From positions 1 through 64,000 of the forward strand of contig JBDIWC010000013.1 of assembly GCA_039794085.1 (NCBI GenBank): a DNA stretch of 64,000 nt. The letters are read 5' to 3'. Below the pieces are notes generated by a model that saw only the letters and a list, made by a program, of their open reading frames with translations, had not been told where the DNA came from and did no database searches. Source of the stretch: Gemmatimonadales bacterium (GTDB taxonomy: Bacteria; Gemmatimonadota; Gemmatimonadetes; Gemmatimonadales; GWC2-71-9). This document shows positions 63,556 to 64,000 of this stretch, one piece after another. The position numbers and the translations under genes were made by a program. Numbering within the stretch: the first letter of the stretch is position 1; every line of letters starts with the position of its first letter.

Positions 63556-64000
63556 TGAAAACACGATTGTCCACGTACCCCGGCCTGTGGACCGCGGTCA
63601 GTGCTGCGTTGGTTCTCACTTCCTGCCAGGACCAGCGGAGTGACCCCGCGCCCTGGCGGGACGCCCCCCAACCGAATGTCGTCATCGAAAGCCAGAGCGA
63701 CCCCGACTACCAATTCGTCCGAATCGAGTCCGCCCTCCCACTGGGTGACACGCTCCTCGTCGTGGCCGATGCCAGGCGTCCCGAGCTCCGCGTGTTCCGG
63801 CGACGAGACGGTGCTCTGCTGCATACCATGGGCCGTGAGGGAGGCGGACCAGGCGAGTTTCGTCGCATCGCCACCGTGTTTCTGATCGGCGACACCATCG
63901 CGACCTGGGACGGGTCCCTTCGCCGCATCACCCTGCACGATGGCTCGGGCCGGCTCCTGGGCTCCATCCCGGTCAGAGCCGCTGGCATGGACGGAGGGGT
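63555..64000 (+). CDS. Beta-propeller-like lipoprotein, truncated by the window end (not in the ORF track)
   Basis: Own translation: MKTRLSTY...LTSC...VVADA...MGREGGGPGEFRRI; TGATG coupling to the kinase. Confidence 0.82.
   Translation, partial: MKTRLSTYPGLWTAVSAALVLTSCQDQRSDPAPWRDAPQPNVVIESQSDPDYQFVRIESALPLGDTLLVVADARRPELRVFRRRDGALLHTMGREGGGPGEFRRIATVFLIGDTIATWDGSLRRITLHDGSGRLLGSIPVRAAGMDGG

Overview
This is a GC-rich bacterial window. The gene families (RDSAG-type beta-propellers, DUF5916 barrel, PorV-like protein, Ser/Thr kinase-TPR) suggest Gemmatimonadota, which is an inference. It is an accessory patchwork of about 55 genes. These include salt/osmotic stress genes (nhaA, MgtC/DUF4010, otsA, an otsB-GH15 fusion), crcB-DUF190 fluoride resistance with a possible riboswitch, two ECF sigma modules and a VapBC pair. 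Also present are a copB-ackA-xfp run, ppa, c-type cytochromes, hydrolases, many lipoproteins and several gene remnants. Main observations: (1) a GrdB/PrdB-like selenoprotein split in the ORF track, with an in-frame TGA in a U-P-V-C motif and a SECIS-like hairpin; (2) a lone IS200-like Y1 transposase between two ~50-bp direct repeats built of TTCA-loop palindromes; (3) one 952-codon frame joining alphaCTD-like, sigma70 region 4 and winged-HTH domains to an Old Yellow Enzyme; (4) 6-9 bp microsatellites, some as inverted pairs, at gene junctions and a remnant breakpoint; (5) two paralogous small helical proteins sharing a leader motif. No rRNA, tRNA or CRISPR array was recognised. All calls come from motif recognition by eye; no searches were run.
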